Below, one piece after another: positions 10,185-20,336 of a stretch of 64,000 nt of DNA. The first letter of the stretch is position 1; each line of letters opens with the position of its first letter. A program made the translations under genes and the position numbers. Origin of the DNA: Candidatus Marinacidobacterales bacterium (GTDB taxonomy: Bacteria > Acidobacteriota > Vicinamibacteria > Marinacidobacterales > SMYC01); NCBI GenBank assembly GCA_965224085.1, contig CBDCYI010000011.1, forward strand, positions 832,001 to 896,000. Direction: 5' to 3'. The notes under the pieces were generated by a model. It searched no databases. It was not told the DNA's origin and was given only the letters and a program-made list of their open reading frames with translations.

Positions 10185-10706
10185 ATGCGGGCCAAAACGC
10201 TCTATGTAATCGCGATACTCGCGTTGTTTTGCGGTTCACCGGAGCCGTCCTGGCCGTCCGTCAAAGAGATGGTGCGCCAGGATTTTCCCGACGTCGAGCA
10301 TGTGTCCGCTGACGAGCTCAGCCGGCAAATGGCGACGGAGCACGAGAACACGCTCATCTTGCTGGATGTTCGCGAAGCAGCGGAATATACGGTGAGCCAT
10401 CTTCCGCGTGCCGTGCGGGTGCAGCCCGGAACCGATACGTCGGCCTTTCTCGACACGCTCGACCACGACGCACCCATCGTAGCCTATTGCTCCGTGGGCT
10501 ACCGCTCGGCGGAGCTCGTCCACAAATTGAGAGAACGCGGTTTCACGAACATAAAAAACCTCGAAGGCTCCATCTTCGAGTGGGCGAATGGCGGCCGCAG
10601 CGTCGAACGCGATGGCCGCAGCGTCGAAGAGGTCCATCCGTTTGACGAGCAGTGGGGCAAGCTCTTGAGGAAAGAGCTCCACGCCTACGAGCCCGGTTCC
10701 AACTAG
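10185..10706 (+). CDS. secreted rhodanese-like domain protein
   Basis: Signal peptide plus LLDVRE, SHLP, YCSVGYRS active-site loop and LEGSIFEW. Confidence 0.88.
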   Translation: MRAKTLYVIAILALFCGSPEPSWPSVKEMVRQDFPDVEHVSADELSRQMATEHENTLILLDVREAAEYTVSHLPRAVRVQPGTDTSAFLDTLDHDAPIVAYCSVGYRSAELVHKLRERGFTNIKNLEGSIFEWANGGRSVERDGRSVEEVHPFDEQWGKLLRKELHAYEPGSN

Positions 10707-10751
10707 CGCCGGGGCGTAGGGCGTCTCCCGAGCCATGCTAGTATGGCCTAG

Positions 10752-11696
10752 GTGAGGAGTCGAAACAGCTTGCGTTTTCACGTCTGGGTAGCCGCCGTGC
10801 TTCTTTCATGGGCCGCGAGCGCTCAAGAGAACCGTGTTCGGTTTGAGGTCAGTGTCGAATCCGTCACGCTGGACGTTGTTGTCGTCGACGATCGCGGGCG
10901 CTTCGTTCCCGGTCTGAGCGAGGAAGACTTCGTCATTCTCGAAAACGGGGAGGAGCAGGAGCTTGCGTTCTTTACGCCGGAGTTTACTCCCGTGACGACG
11001 CTGCTTCTTCTTGACTCTTCGTCGAGCATCCGCTCGAACTTGAGCGCCATCCAGACCGCCGCCTACTTGTTCGCCCGCAATTTGAGCGAGGGAGACATGG
11101 CGCGCGTCGGGCTGTTCTCGAATAGCGTGCGGTTGGGGCCGCGCTTCACGGCCGACGTCGACGAGCATCTCGTGATTCTCCAATCCATGAGGGCTGCCGG
11201 ACGCACGGCCCTATACGATGCCATCCTCACGGCCCTCGATGAGCTCTCCAGCATCGAAGGACGCAAGGCGCTGCTCGTGTTCACGGACGGTGACGACGCG
11301 GGGCCGGCACAGCAAGGCAGTCAGTCTACGAGCGACGACGCGACCGAAGGCGCCAAGCTCAGCGAAGTGACGATCTACACCGTGGGCTTCACGGGTTGGG
11401 GCCCCGACGGCAGCGAAAGCGTCGACGTCCCGTTTCTGACGACGCTCGCCGAAGCCTCGGGCGGGCGCGCCTTCTTTCCCGAGGATGTGGAACAAGTCAA
11501 AGAGGCCTTCTTGGATGTGCAAGAAGATCTGCACCGCCACTACCGCATGGCTTATATCCCGAGCGAGGCCCCTCCCGAAACCGCGGAAGCGATCGACGAA
11601 ACGTGGCGTCCTCTCGAAGTCCGAGTGCGCGACCGCGACGACCTCATCGTCCGCACTCGGCAGGGGTATTACGCGCGGGCCGCAGAGTCGCCATAG
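10752..11696 (+). CDS. VWA domain protein (Acidobacterial VWFA-related type)
   Basis: Signal peptide, VVVVDDRGRFV, MIDAS-like LLDSSSS, TALYDA, FTDG and C-terminal RTRQGYY. Confidence 0.88.
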   Translation: MRSRNSLRFHVWVAAVLLSWAASAQENRVRFEVSVESVTLDVVVVDDRGRFVPGLSEEDFVILENGEEQELAFFTPEFTPVTTLLLLDSSSSIRSNLSAIQTAAYLFARNLSEGDMARVGLFSNSVRLGPRFTADVDEHLVILQSMRAAGRTALYDAILTALDELSSIEGRKALLVFTDGDDAGPAQQGSQSTSDDATEGAKLSEVTIYTVGFTGWGPDGSESVDVPFLTTLAEASGGRAFFPEDVEQVKEAFLDVQEDLHRHYRMAYIPSEAPPETAEAIDETWRPLEVRVRDRDDLIVRTRQGYYARAAESP

Positions 11697-11709
11697 ACCC
11701 GAAATGCGG

Positions 11710-12379
11710 TTACTCGTATCCCAGGGCTACCGCTGGGTCTAGTTCTGAGGCTCTTCTGGCGGGGTAGAGGCCGGATAGCACGCCCACGGTGATGGATACG
11801 CCGGTCGACAGTAGGATGGATCACAGTGTTACTAGGGTTGGCCAACCTGCGTAGTAGGCGACGATGTAGGCGATGGCTAGGCCCATCAACACGCCGGCAC
11901 TTCCCCCCATGAGGCTAATCGAGAACGACTCTACGAGGAATGCCATTTCGGTCTTCTGCTGCTCGACGGCAAACGCCTTTTCCGCGGTCTCGGCTTTGGT
12001 CTGGGACTCGAGCTTCAGGAGTTCTTTCTGCGCTTTGCTGGCGGAGAGCTTCTTGTCCTCTAGATCCGCGGCAAACGCGGCATTCGCGAACTCGAGCACT
12101 TTTTGGCCTTTTCGGACGAAGGCACCGTCTTCCGCCATCCACCGAATCTGGAGCTGGCCGCCAGGTACACGTGGCGCCGTGATGGTGACAGCTTTTTTTG
12201 CTTCCACGGTTCCGGTGAGAAAAATCCGCTCGACGAGGCGTCCCCGCCGCACGTGCTGAGCGGCGGCGCGTTCGCCCGGGATTTTGGGAAGGTCCCGCTT
12301 GCGCGCCGGTGCAGGCATAGGTCGAGACGAGCAACAGCCATGCGGGAAGACACCGTTTGGGATTATCTCGGTGCTCCAC
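11710..12379 (-). pseudogene. collapsed MacAB-like efflux operon remnant (adaptor N-terminus fused to ABC permease C-terminus)
   Basis: LTGTVEAK..EDGAFVRKGQ (membrane-fusion protein) joins FLVES..GG.AGVLMG...GLYPARRASELDPAVALGYE* (FtsX-type permease tail). It contains an internal TGA and a frameshift. Confidence 0.78.
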
Positions 12380-12466
12380 GGCAGCTCCTCACGAACATGG
12401 TTGGATCGTAGTGCGCCGCGAGCTCGCGGGCAAATATGGAAACAATAGTAGAATCGCCTATCTCCG

Positions 12467-13225
12467 ATGGATGACGAGAGCGTCCCGCTTCCGAAGCTCT
12501 ACCATGAGCTGGCCTCGTGGTGGCCGCTTCTCTCCGCACCCGCGGAATATGCGGAGGAAGCGGGCGTCTACCAGAGCGCTCTAGTCGAAGCTTGCGCCGC
12601 ACCCCCGCAATCGCTGCTAGAGCTTGGAAGCGGTGGCGGCAACAACGCGTCGCATTTGAAAGCTCGTTTCGAGATGACGCTCGTCGACCGCTCTTCGGAG
12701 ATGCTTGCCGTGAGCCGAGCGATCAATCCTGACTGCGAGCACGTGCAGGGCGACATGCGAAACGTGCGGCTCGGCCGGACCTTCGACGTTGTCTTCATTC
12801 ACGACGCGATCGGCTACATAACCACCGCCCCGGATTTACGGGAGACGATCGCAACGGCCTTCATCCACTGCAAGCCAGGAGGGGCTGCTCTCTTCGCTCC
12901 CGACCACGTGCGCGAGAGCTTCCGCTCGTCGACGGACCATGGCGGCCATGACGGGGAAGATCGTCGTGGCCTCCGTTATCTGGAATGGTCGTGGGACCCG
13001 GATCCTGCCGATACGACCTTTCTCGTGGACTACGCCTATTTGCTGCGCTCGCCTGACGGCTCCGTGCGCGTCGAGCACGACCGCCATATCCAAGGCCTGT
13101 TCCCTCGCGCCGAGTGGCTCGATCTTCTGTCGGAAGTGGGCTTTACGGCGCGCGTCATCCCGTTCGAGCACACCGAGCTCGAACCGGGAGAGTGCGAGCT
13201 GTTCATCGCGAAGCGAAGTCCGTGA
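12467..13225 (+). CDS. class I SAM-dependent methyltransferase
   Basis: LLELGSGGG, VDRSSEML, GDMR and KPGG motifs. Confidence 0.9.
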   Translation: MDDESVPLPKLYHELASWWPLLSAPAEYAEEAGVYQSALVEACAAPPQSLLELGSGGGNNASHLKARFEMTLVDRSSEMLAVSRAINPDCEHVQGDMRNVRLGRTFDVVFIHDAIGYITTAPDLRETIATAFIHCKPGGAALFAPDHVRESFRSSTDHGGHDGEDRRGLRYLEWSWDPDPADTTFLVDYAYLLRSPDGSVRVEHDRHIQGLFPRAEWLDLLSEVGFTARVIPFEHTELEPGECELFIAKRSP

Positions 13226-13356
13226 GTTGACGCCATCGCGACCTCGTGGACCTCGTCGCCGTCACGACACGATAGAGAGCTGGGCGCGTGAGCTCTAGTT
13301 GGAGCCGACCGTCGTACCGTTTGACCTCCGTTGGCCAAGGCAGCTAAATTTCCCTG

Positions 13357-13566
13357 GTGGCCCTCACCGCCGGAGCACGTCTCGGCCCCTATGAAATCCT
13401 CGCGCCGATAGGTGTGGGGGGTATGGGCGAGGTTTATAAGGCCAACGACACACGGCTCGAACGGGCGGTCGCCATCAAGGTACTCCCCGAGCACCTTGCA
13501 GACAGTCCAGAACTAAAGGCCCGTTTCGAACGTGAGGCGAAGGCGATTTCACAGCTCAAGACGTGA
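13357..13566 (+). pseudogene. truncated Ser/Thr protein kinase (N-lobe only)
   Basis: RLGPYEILAPIGVGGMGEVYKA..VAIKVL..RFEREAKAISQL, then a stop next to the IS1182 end. Confidence 0.9.
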
Positions 13567-13747
13567 ACCGTCCAACCCGGCGCCGATCGTTCAACTCTGG
13601 ACGTGAGAAAGAATCCAGATTTTGTGCTGAGGGCGACGTCCAGGACTCGATGATGATCGCGCAAAGGCGGATTGGTCGGTGGCCTTGAGTTTCGATGGTG
13701 TGCAGTGAAACGTCCGGCTGGGTGGTCAATCGCCGATCAGTTGGCGC

Positions 13748-15316
13748 TTATGCCGGTGCGAGTTTCGATATGAACTTCGGCCTCCATCTGAGGCGATTCC
13801 ATTGCTGGATATTGTAAGTGAGGGCGGTCCACAGAGATTCGGTGCGCACTTTGGTGATTCCGCGCACGCTAAACTGCCGCAGGCCGAACTTGGTTTTGAT
13901 CCAGAGGTTCGGAAACTCGGCCACCTGCGAGCGTGTCTTGTAGATTTCCTTGGCCTCGTCGGTCTGCATCTTGCGTCGGAACTCGACGATGTCGGGCAAA
14001 GGTTCACTCCGCTCGATCGAGCGGCCGTGCCGCGTACGAGGACAACATTGATCTTTGGCCGGACAGCTCTGACAGTCTTGCTTCGACGCCTTGTATCGAT
14101 AGCGCATCGAGCTATGGCTTTCGAGCTTAGCGTCGTAGCGTAGGTGCTTGCCCTGCGGGCACACATACGTGTTCGTCCCCTTATCGAAGACAAACTTCGA
14201 CGCCTCGTATTCCTCACTCACTCCGTGGTGCTTATACGACTTACCCCGATTGAGCACTGCTGCCTTGTTGTCGGATTGGGGGCCGATAAGCTCGATGTCA
14301 CGCTTCGTCATCTCCGTAATGTTGTTGTTACTGATGTAGCCCCCATCCACGACCATCTGCTCGGGTGCACGCTGCATGCTCTGTTCAATCCGCTCTATCG
14401 CTGGTGTCAGCTGCCGATAATCGCTGCCCGCCTGCGTGGCTTCGATGTCGACAATCAAGCCATGCGCGGCATCCGTTGAGACCTGCACGTTGTAGCTAGG
14501 GGCCGAGCCGCCCTCGGCTTGCTTCATCACACGCGCGTCCGGATCGGTCGTGCTTGCGCGGTCGACCCGGCTTTTCGCCGCTTTCAGCTTGTCGTATTCC
14601 TTCAACGCTGATTCCAGATGCTCCTTTCTCTCTCGCGCGGCGCGTTGATGTGCAGCTTGTCCCTGGCGCGTTGAATCTTCCTCCGTCTGCTTTTCAAGAG
14701 CCTCGACTGCCTTACGCGCATGCTCCAGATATTCCTCGACTCGACCCTTCGTGCGGAAACTATTCCCCGATGCGTTCGCCCGAATCCGCGTCCCATCCAG
14801 CATGACTCGCTCGAGCGTGATCAATCCGTCCGCACTCAAAAGACCCAACGTTTGTACAAACAATTCGTGCAGCGCCTCGGCATGGGTCACCCGAAAGTCC
14901 GATAGCGTATGGGCACTGATGCTCTGCATTCCCGTCAGCCATTGATACGCCGGGTGATGCTCGCACAGCCGCTCAATCGCGCGCGCCGAACTCACCGACT
15001 GACTGTAGCTGTAGACCCAAAGGCTCACCAGTAGATGCGGATCGAATGCAGGCCGCCCTGCACCACCCTCGACCGAGTGGACCTGCTCCGTATACCCGCT
15101 GAGGTCCAGCCGACCCACGAACTCCCAGATCGCTCGCGCTGCGTGATCCTCTGGAATCAACTGCTCAACGTCCACCGTCCGCAACAGCAGCTGCGCCCGA
15201 TCCACAACCTTCAACCGAGCTTGTGTCGCGCGCGCTCCTTCATCACCGTCATCGCCACGTTTTCGCGGACTCGGCATACCAGGTAGCGATGCTTGCTTCT
15301 CACCCACGTTTACCAC
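13748..15316 (-). CDS. IS1182 family transposase
   Basis: GRPAFDP, SSARAIERLC, LDGTRIRANAS, TDPDAR, YNVQ, DGGY, Cys cluster and R....E..N..IK motifs. Confidence 0.92.
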   Translation of the reverse strand: MVNVGEKQASLPGMPSPRKRGDDGDEGARATQARLKVVDRAQLLLRTVDVEQLIPEDHAARAIWEFVGRLDLSGYTEQVHSVEGGAGRPAFDPHLLVSLWVYSYSQSVSSARAIERLCEHHPAYQWLTGMQSISAHTLSDFRVTHAEALHELFVQTLGLLSADGLITLERVMLDGTRIRANASGNSFRTKGRVEEYLEHARKAVEALEKQTEEDSTRQGQAAHQRAARERKEHLESALKEYDKLKAAKSRVDRASTTDPDARVMKQAEGGSAPSYNVQVSTDAAHGLIVDIEATQAGSDYRQLTPAIERIEQSMQRAPEQMVVDGGYISNNNITEMTKRDIELIGPQSDNKAAVLNRGKSYKHHGVSEEYEASKFVFDKGTNTYVCPQGKHLRYDAKLESHSSMRYRYKASKQDCQSCPAKDQCCPRTRHGRSIERSEPLPDIVEFRRKMQTDEAKEIYKTRSQVAEFPNLWIKTKFGLRQFSVRGITKVRTESLWTALTYNIQQWNRLRWRPKFISKLAPA

Positions 15317-15491
15317 GCTTCACCCGCGGCGTCCGACGAACTATCAGTGTGTTCCGATCCTCGACGACCCACTCAAGCTCCTCGCCAGGCTCCATCTCCA
15401 GCGCCTGCGCCAAAGGCGACGGGCAAATCACATAGAACTGACGCGTATCGTTGGCTCGCTTTATCACCTGCAGCTTCGTCACGTATCCCAT
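15300..15491 (-). CDS. small AbrB/SpoVT-like protein inside the IS1182 element
   Basis: 63 aa; QFYVICPSPLAQALEMEPGEELEWVV fits the swapped-hairpin pattern. It overlaps the transposase start. Confidence 0.7.
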   Translation of the reverse strand: MGYVTKLQVIKRANDTRQFYVICPSPLAQALEMEPGEELEWVVEDRNTLIVRRTPRVKRGKRG

Positions 15492-15580
15492 GATGGGCTT
15501 ACGCTAAAGCATAGCGATAACACTAGTCAAGTATTAATTTTTTCTCACGTCCTCGGTCCGGACCAAGTTGCCTCAGTAAG

Positions 15581-17011
15581 TCACACGACTCTCTGATTTT
15601 CTTCGAGAAGCTCTCCTAGATCGAAGCTTTGTCCGAGCGTGGGTGTGTACGTGCGCGATCCCAGCTTGCTTTGAAGCAAGGTCGCGAGCGCGCTCGAGGA
15701 CTTTGGCTCACCATGGGTCACGAAGATCGTCTCCGGCTGTTCGCGGCTTCCGCCCGCCGAGCGGACCCAACGCAGCAGCTCCTTCTGGTCTGCGTGCGCG
15801 GAGAGCCCGCTGATGGAGATGAACGCTGCTTCTACCGCGACGTTCTCGCCGTGCACGCGCACCGTCTTTTTCTTTTCCATCATCGCGCGGCCGCGGGTGC
15901 CCGCCGCTTGATAGCCGACGAGCATGATCAAGTTGCGCTTGTCCGGGAGCAGACGCTTCAAGTGATGCAACACCCGTCCCGCGGTGAGCATGCCGCTCGC
16001 GGAGATGACGATGCGCGCCCCGGGCAGCTTGTTCAGATGTTTCGATTCCGCGACGGATCTGTGAAATTTTACGTTGTTCGGGAACAAGCGGCTCCGGCCG
16101 TCCTCCGTCAGCGATTCGTCGAGGCTCAGGTCCTTGATATGGCGAGAGTAGAGTCGCGTCGCGTCGACGGCCATGGGGCTATCGATATGGATGGGAACAT
16201 CCGGCAGACGTCCCGCGCGGATGAGCTGGCGGAGGCAAAGCGTCACGAGCTGCGACCGCCCAACAGCGAAGGAAGGAATGAGCGCGGTGCCCTTGCGGTC
16301 GAGGCAGTCGATGAGCGCATCGCGAATCTGGTCTTCCATCGAGCTTGCCTTATGCTCGCGGTCTCCATAAGTCGACTCCATCACGAGGAAATGACAGTCG
16401 GGTAGCGGGTCCGGATCGGAGTGCAGGGGGACGTCGTAGCGGCCTACGTCGCCGCTGAACACGATGCGCATCGTGCGCACGCCCGTCGCTAGATGGACCT
16501 CGACCATCGCAGCGCCGAGGATGTGTCCTGCGTTCAAGAAACGGGCGCGAACGCCCTTCGCGAGCTCCAGCCATTGTCCGTACTCGACAGTCTCCATCAA
16601 CGCGAGCGCCCCGATCGCGTCCTCGGTCGTGTAAAGCGGGAGCGCCGGCTTGTGCTTGCTGAACCCTTTCCGGTTCGCGTATTTCGCGTCCTCTTCCTGA
16701 ATCCGCGCTGAATCGCGCAGTAGAAGTCGCGCGAGGTCGAACGTCGCCGGAGTGCAGTAGATGGGGCTTCGGAAACCGTCTTTCACGAGCCGCGGGACAT
16801 AGCCGGCGTGATCGATATGCGCGTGCGTTAGAAGGAGGAAATCGAGTGCCTCGGGGTCGAAGCCGGGATTCCTCCAATTCCTCTCCCGGAGCTTCTTGAG
16901 TCCTTGAAACATTCCCGCGTCGACGAGAAAGCGTGCCGTGTCGGTCTCGACGAGGTAGCGTGAGCCTGTCACCGTGCCCGCGCCACCGTGAAAGGAGAGT
17001 TTCGGGTTCAT
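15581..17011 (-). CDS. MBL-fold beta-CASP ribonuclease-like hydrolase
   Basis: GGAGTVTGS, THAHIDH, AGHILG, SGD, ESTYG and SAHAD motifs. The ATG at 17011 overlaps the thrC stop. Confidence 0.9.
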   Translation of the reverse strand: MNPKLSFHGGAGTVTGSRYLVETDTARFLVDAGMFQGLKKLRERNWRNPGFDPEALDFLLLTHAHIDHAGYVPRLVKDGFRSPIYCTPATFDLARLLLRDSARIQEEDAKYANRKGFSKHKPALPLYTTEDAIGALALMETVEYGQWLELAKGVRARFLNAGHILGAAMVEVHLATGVRTMRIVFSGDVGRYDVPLHSDPDPLPDCHFLVMESTYGDREHKASSMEDQIRDALIDCLDRKGTALIPSFAVGRSQLVTLCLRQLIRAGRLPDVPIHIDSPMAVDATRLYSRHIKDLSLDESLTEDGRSRLFPNNVKFHRSVAESKHLNKLPGARIVISASGMLTAGRVLHHLKRLLPDKRNLIMLVGYQAAGTRGRAMMEKKKTVRVHGENVAVEAAFISISGLSAHADQKELLRWVRSAGGSREQPETIFVTHGEPKSSSALATLLQSKLGSRTYTPTLGQSFDLGELLEENQRVV

Positions 17012-18291
17012 GGCTTCAGAAATACTTTCAGCGATTCGATGGCGACGTCGATCTCTGTGATGGTTTCCGGCCGCTCCGCGCAAGCTGCGATGGTGGGCGG
17101 GAGTGGGACGGGCGTCTTGATGACGGCTTCGACCGTCTCTTGAAACTTCGCGGCGTGCGCTGTGGCGAGAAAGACTGCAGCTTTTTGACGATGGTCACGA
17201 GCGCCAAGATAGCCGATAGCGGAGTGAGGATCGAGCACGTAGCCGCGTCGCTCATACACGTCCAGGATCGTCGCGCGCGTCTTCTCGTCAGTGTAGGCCT
17301 TTCCGGCCACGTCGGCCCGGACCGCGTCGAGCTCGCCGTCATAGAGCCAAAGAATGCGGGCGAAGTTGCTCGGATTACCGACGTCCATCGCGTTCGACAA
17401 CGTAGCTGTGGATGGCCTCGGTCGAAAACCACCCGAGGCGAGATATTCCGGGACGACGTCGTTCACGTTCGTCGCCGCCACGAAGCGTGCGATCGGAAGG
17501 CCCATCCGTTTTGCGATGAGCCCGGCGGTGAGGTTTCCGAAGTTACCGCTCGGCGTCGCAACGGTGAGGCCGTCACGAGACGCCCGCGGAAGCTCGGCGA
17601 ACATGTGAAAATAATAAAACGTTTGGGGAAGCAAGCGCCCGACGTTAATCGAGTTCGCCGAGACGAGCGTTTGATCGGCGAGCTCGGGATCGGCGAAAGC
17701 TGACTTCACGAGGCGCTGGCAGTCGTCGAACGTACCGTCGACCGAGAGCGCGAACACGTTATCCCCGAGCGTCGTGAACAGACGCTGCTGGAGAGCGCTG
17801 ACCTTTCCCTTCGGGAAGAGCACGACGACACGGATTCCGTCGAGACCGTAGAAAGCATGGGCGACGGCGCTTCCGGTATCGCCCGACGTCGCGACGAGCA
17901 CGGTCGCGTGCTCGTCTCGGCTGTTCAAGAAGTGGAGCATCAGCTGCGCCATGAAGCGCGCGCCGACATCCTTGAACGCGTGGGTCGGACCGTGGAAGAG
18001 CTCGAGGCTGAAGAGCTCTTGCTCGACCGCGACGAGTGGGATAGTGAAATCAAGGCTGCCGCGCACGATGGATTCCAAAGTCGTGGGATCCAGATCGTCG
18101 TCGAGCAAATGTTTCGCGACGCTGAGAGCTGTGTCGGCGAGCGAGCCTCCAGAAAGCGCGTCGAGTGCGCCGGCGTCCAGAACAGGAAGTGTCTCGGGGA
18201 CATAGAGTCCACCATCCGGCGCCGGGCCGGCGAAAAGAGCTTCTTCGAGAGAGGCCCTCGGGGAGCCGCCTTTCGTGCTTACGAAGTGCAC
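17008..18291 (-). CDS. thrC: threonine synthase
   Basis: DGGLYVP, ELFHGPTHAFKD (PLP lysine), ATSGDTG and PSGNFGN motifs. Confidence 0.95.
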   Translation of the reverse strand: MHFVSTKGGSPRASLEEALFAGPAPDGGLYVPETLPVLDAGALDALSGGSLADTALSVAKHLLDDDLDPTTLESIVRGSLDFTIPLVAVEQELFSLELFHGPTHAFKDVGARFMAQLMLHFLNSRDEHATVLVATSGDTGSAVAHAFYGLDGIRVVVLFPKGKVSALQQRLFTTLGDNVFALSVDGTFDDCQRLVKSAFADPELADQTLVSANSINVGRLLPQTFYYFHMFAELPRASRDGLTVATPSGNFGNLTAGLIAKRMGLPIARFVAATNVNDVVPEYLASGGFRPRPSTATLSNAMDVGNPSNFARILWLYDGELDAVRADVAGKAYTDEKTRATILDVYERRGYVLDPHSAIGYLGARDHRQKAAVFLATAHAAKFQETVEAVIKTPVPLPPTIAACAERPETITEIDVAIESLKVFLKP

Positions 18292-19250
18292 GACTGGATC
18301 TCGACTCGTGCCCCCTCCTTGCTGACGAGCGAGACATGGACGTCGGTATCGACGCCGGCGGCGTCGGTGAAGGCATTTGCCATCGCTTGCGATGCAGCAT
18401 CAGCCGTGTCACGGTTGCGGCAGAGGGCAAACATCGTCGGCCCGGAGCCCGAAAGACTGCATCCGAGCGCGCCACTCTCGAGCGCCGCGCGCGTTACGTC
18501 GGCAAAGCCGGGCACGCGGAGCGAACGGATGGGCTCGGCGATGACGTCGACGAGCGAGCGCGCCATCAAATCCCAGTCTTCCCGATACAGCGCGGCGACC
18601 AACCCGCCTAGATTTCCCCATTGCGTGACGGCATTGTTTAGGCGCACTTCGTTTCCTAGAAGCGTGCGCGAGTCTCTCGTCGACAGCTCGAGCTGCGGGC
18701 GCACGAGAGCGACACAGAGTCCTTGGGGGATGGGTAGCCGTACGACATCGAGCGAGGGCGCGGTGCCGCGCACGAGCACGAAGCCGCCATAGAGACACGC
18801 AGCCGCATTGTCGGCGTGCGCGGTGCCGGCGGCGACGCGCTCGCCTTCGAGAGCGCAGGTCAGCAAATCTTCGAGTGCCGCCCCGACGCCGAGCAGTTCG
18901 TTGACGGCCACGACGGCGGCGACAGCGCTCGCGGCGCTACTCCCCATGCCGCTCGCGAGCGGGAGGCCTTTTCCGAGCTGCAACCGGACGGACGCGTCGG
19001 GAGCGTAGCGGTCGAGAAACGTTGTGGCCGCGACCGAGGCCGTGTTGCGCTCGGGCTCTCTCGGCAGCCGTCCCGAGTCACCTTCGACTTCGAGGCTAAC
19101 CTTACCGGGCGTACCCGACTTACCGGGCGTCCCAGAACTATCGGCGAGCTCAGCGGTCACGATGTCGCCTGGCGCTTCGACCGCGAGGCCGAGAACATCG
19201 AAGCCGCAGGCGACGTTGGCGACGGTCGCCGGCGCAAAAGCCTTTGTCAT
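18279..19250 (-). CDS. thrB: homoserine kinase
   Basis: APATVANVACGFDVLG, PLASGMGSSAAS, HADN and SGSGPT motifs. Confidence 0.95.
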   Translation of the reverse strand: MTKAFAPATVANVACGFDVLGLAVEAPGDIVTAELADSSGTPGKSGTPGKVSLEVEGDSGRLPREPERNTASVAATTFLDRYAPDASVRLQLGKGLPLASGMGSSAASAVAAVVAVNELLGVGAALEDLLTCALEGERVAAGTAHADNAAACLYGGFVLVRGTAPSLDVVRLPIPQGLCVALVRPQLELSTRDSRTLLGNEVRLNNAVTQWGNLGGLVAALYREDWDLMARSLVDVIAEPIRSLRVPGFADVTRAALESGALGCSLSGSGPTMFALCRNRDTADAASQAMANAFTDAAGVDTDVHVSLVSKEGARVEIQSCTS

Positions 19251-20329
19251 GTCTCGGCGCCCACCGTGCGGGCGCCTTCATGTTCGAGCAGGCCTTTGGC
19301 CACGGCAAGCTCTGCAAGCAGCAAAGCGCCGCCCGCCGCACCGCGAAGCGTGTTGTGCGACAGCGCGGAAAACTTGTAGTCGAGAATGGAGCAGGGGCGA
19401 AGACGTCCGACGCTCGCCGCCATGCCGCCGTCGAGATCGCGATGCAGGCGCGGCTGCGGCGCGTCGGCTTCCTCCAAGAAATGTACGGGGTGTCGAGGCG
19501 CGCTCGGCAGCGCTTTCGCTTGAGGCTCGCCCGAGAAGCGCTCCCAGGCGTCACGAAGCTCGGAAGCTTCCGCTTTTCTTCCGAGCTCGACCGAGACGGC
19601 GAGCGAGTGGCCGTCCAGCACGGGAACGCGGTGGCATTGTGCGCTCAGCCGAATCTCAGCGTCCCGCACAACGCCGCCATCAAAGGTGCCGAGAATCTTC
19701 CGTGTCTCGGACTCGATCTTTTCTTCCTCGCCCGGGATGTAGGGGACGACGTTGTCGAGAATCTCATAGCTCGCTACGCCAGGAAAGCCTGCCCCTGAGA
19801 TCGCTTGCATGGTGACGACCGAGACTTGTTTCAGACCGAACGCGTCCCATAGAGGCTTCAGCGCGAGCACGAGCCCAATCGTCGAGCAATTGGGGTTCGT
19901 GAGGATCGCGCCCCCGCCGCTCGTCGATGTGCCGGCGAGTTGCAAGTGATCTGGATTTACCTCCGGAACTACGAGCGGCACGCTGGGATCCATTCGATGG
20001 GATTTGGCGTTCGAAACGACCACGTGGCCCCTCGACGCGAAGGCCGTCTCGACGTCCCCGGCGGCGCTTGCGTCGAGAGCCGAAAAGATGAGCGGGCACG
20101 GGATGGGGGGGGCGCTCGGCAGGACCTTCATCCGCGCGAAGCGCTCGGGAAGAAGTGTGGACTGCAGCCAGTTGGCCGCGTGTCCGTAGGCTTTTCCCGC
20201 CGAGCGCTTAGACGCCGTCAGTGCTTGGACGTCGAACCACGGGTGCTCGGCGAGAAGCGTCAAGAATCGTTGGCCTACCGAGCCGGTCGCTCCGAGGACA
20301 GCGACGGGAATCTTGTCTCGCGACGTCAT
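19247..20329 (-). CDS. asd: aspartate-semialdehyde dehydrogenase
   Basis: LGATGSVGQ, NPNCST, QAISGAG and HNTLRGAAG motifs. Confidence 0.95.
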   Translation of the reverse strand: MTSRDKIPVAVLGATGSVGQRFLTLLAEHPWFDVQALTASKRSAGKAYGHAANWLQSTLLPERFARMKVLPSAPPIPCPLIFSALDASAAGDVETAFASRGHVVVSNAKSHRMDPSVPLVVPEVNPDHLQLAGTSTSGGGAILTNPNCSTIGLVLALKPLWDAFGLKQVSVVTMQAISGAGFPGVASYEILDNVVPYIPGEEEKIESETRKILGTFDGGVVRDAEIRLSAQCHRVPVLDGHSLAVSVELGRKAEASELRDAWERFSGEPQAKALPSAPRHPVHFLEEADAPQPRLHRDLDGGMAASVGRLRPCSILDYKFSALSHNTLRGAAGGALLLAELAVAKGLLEHEGARTVGAET

Positions 20330-20336
20330 TTCGGTC

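Larger units (their letters stand above)
13599..15552 (-). mobile_element. IS1182 family element with a small upstream ORF
   Basis: Terminal IRs GGACGTGAGAAAGAAT (13599-13614) and ATTTTTTCTCACGTCC (15537-15552), 15/16 identical. No clear TSD. Confidence 0.85.

Noticed and set aside
19100-19133. 18-bp tandem duplication in thrB (SGTPGK x2)
   Set aside because: A small in-frame loop duplication with no wider pattern.
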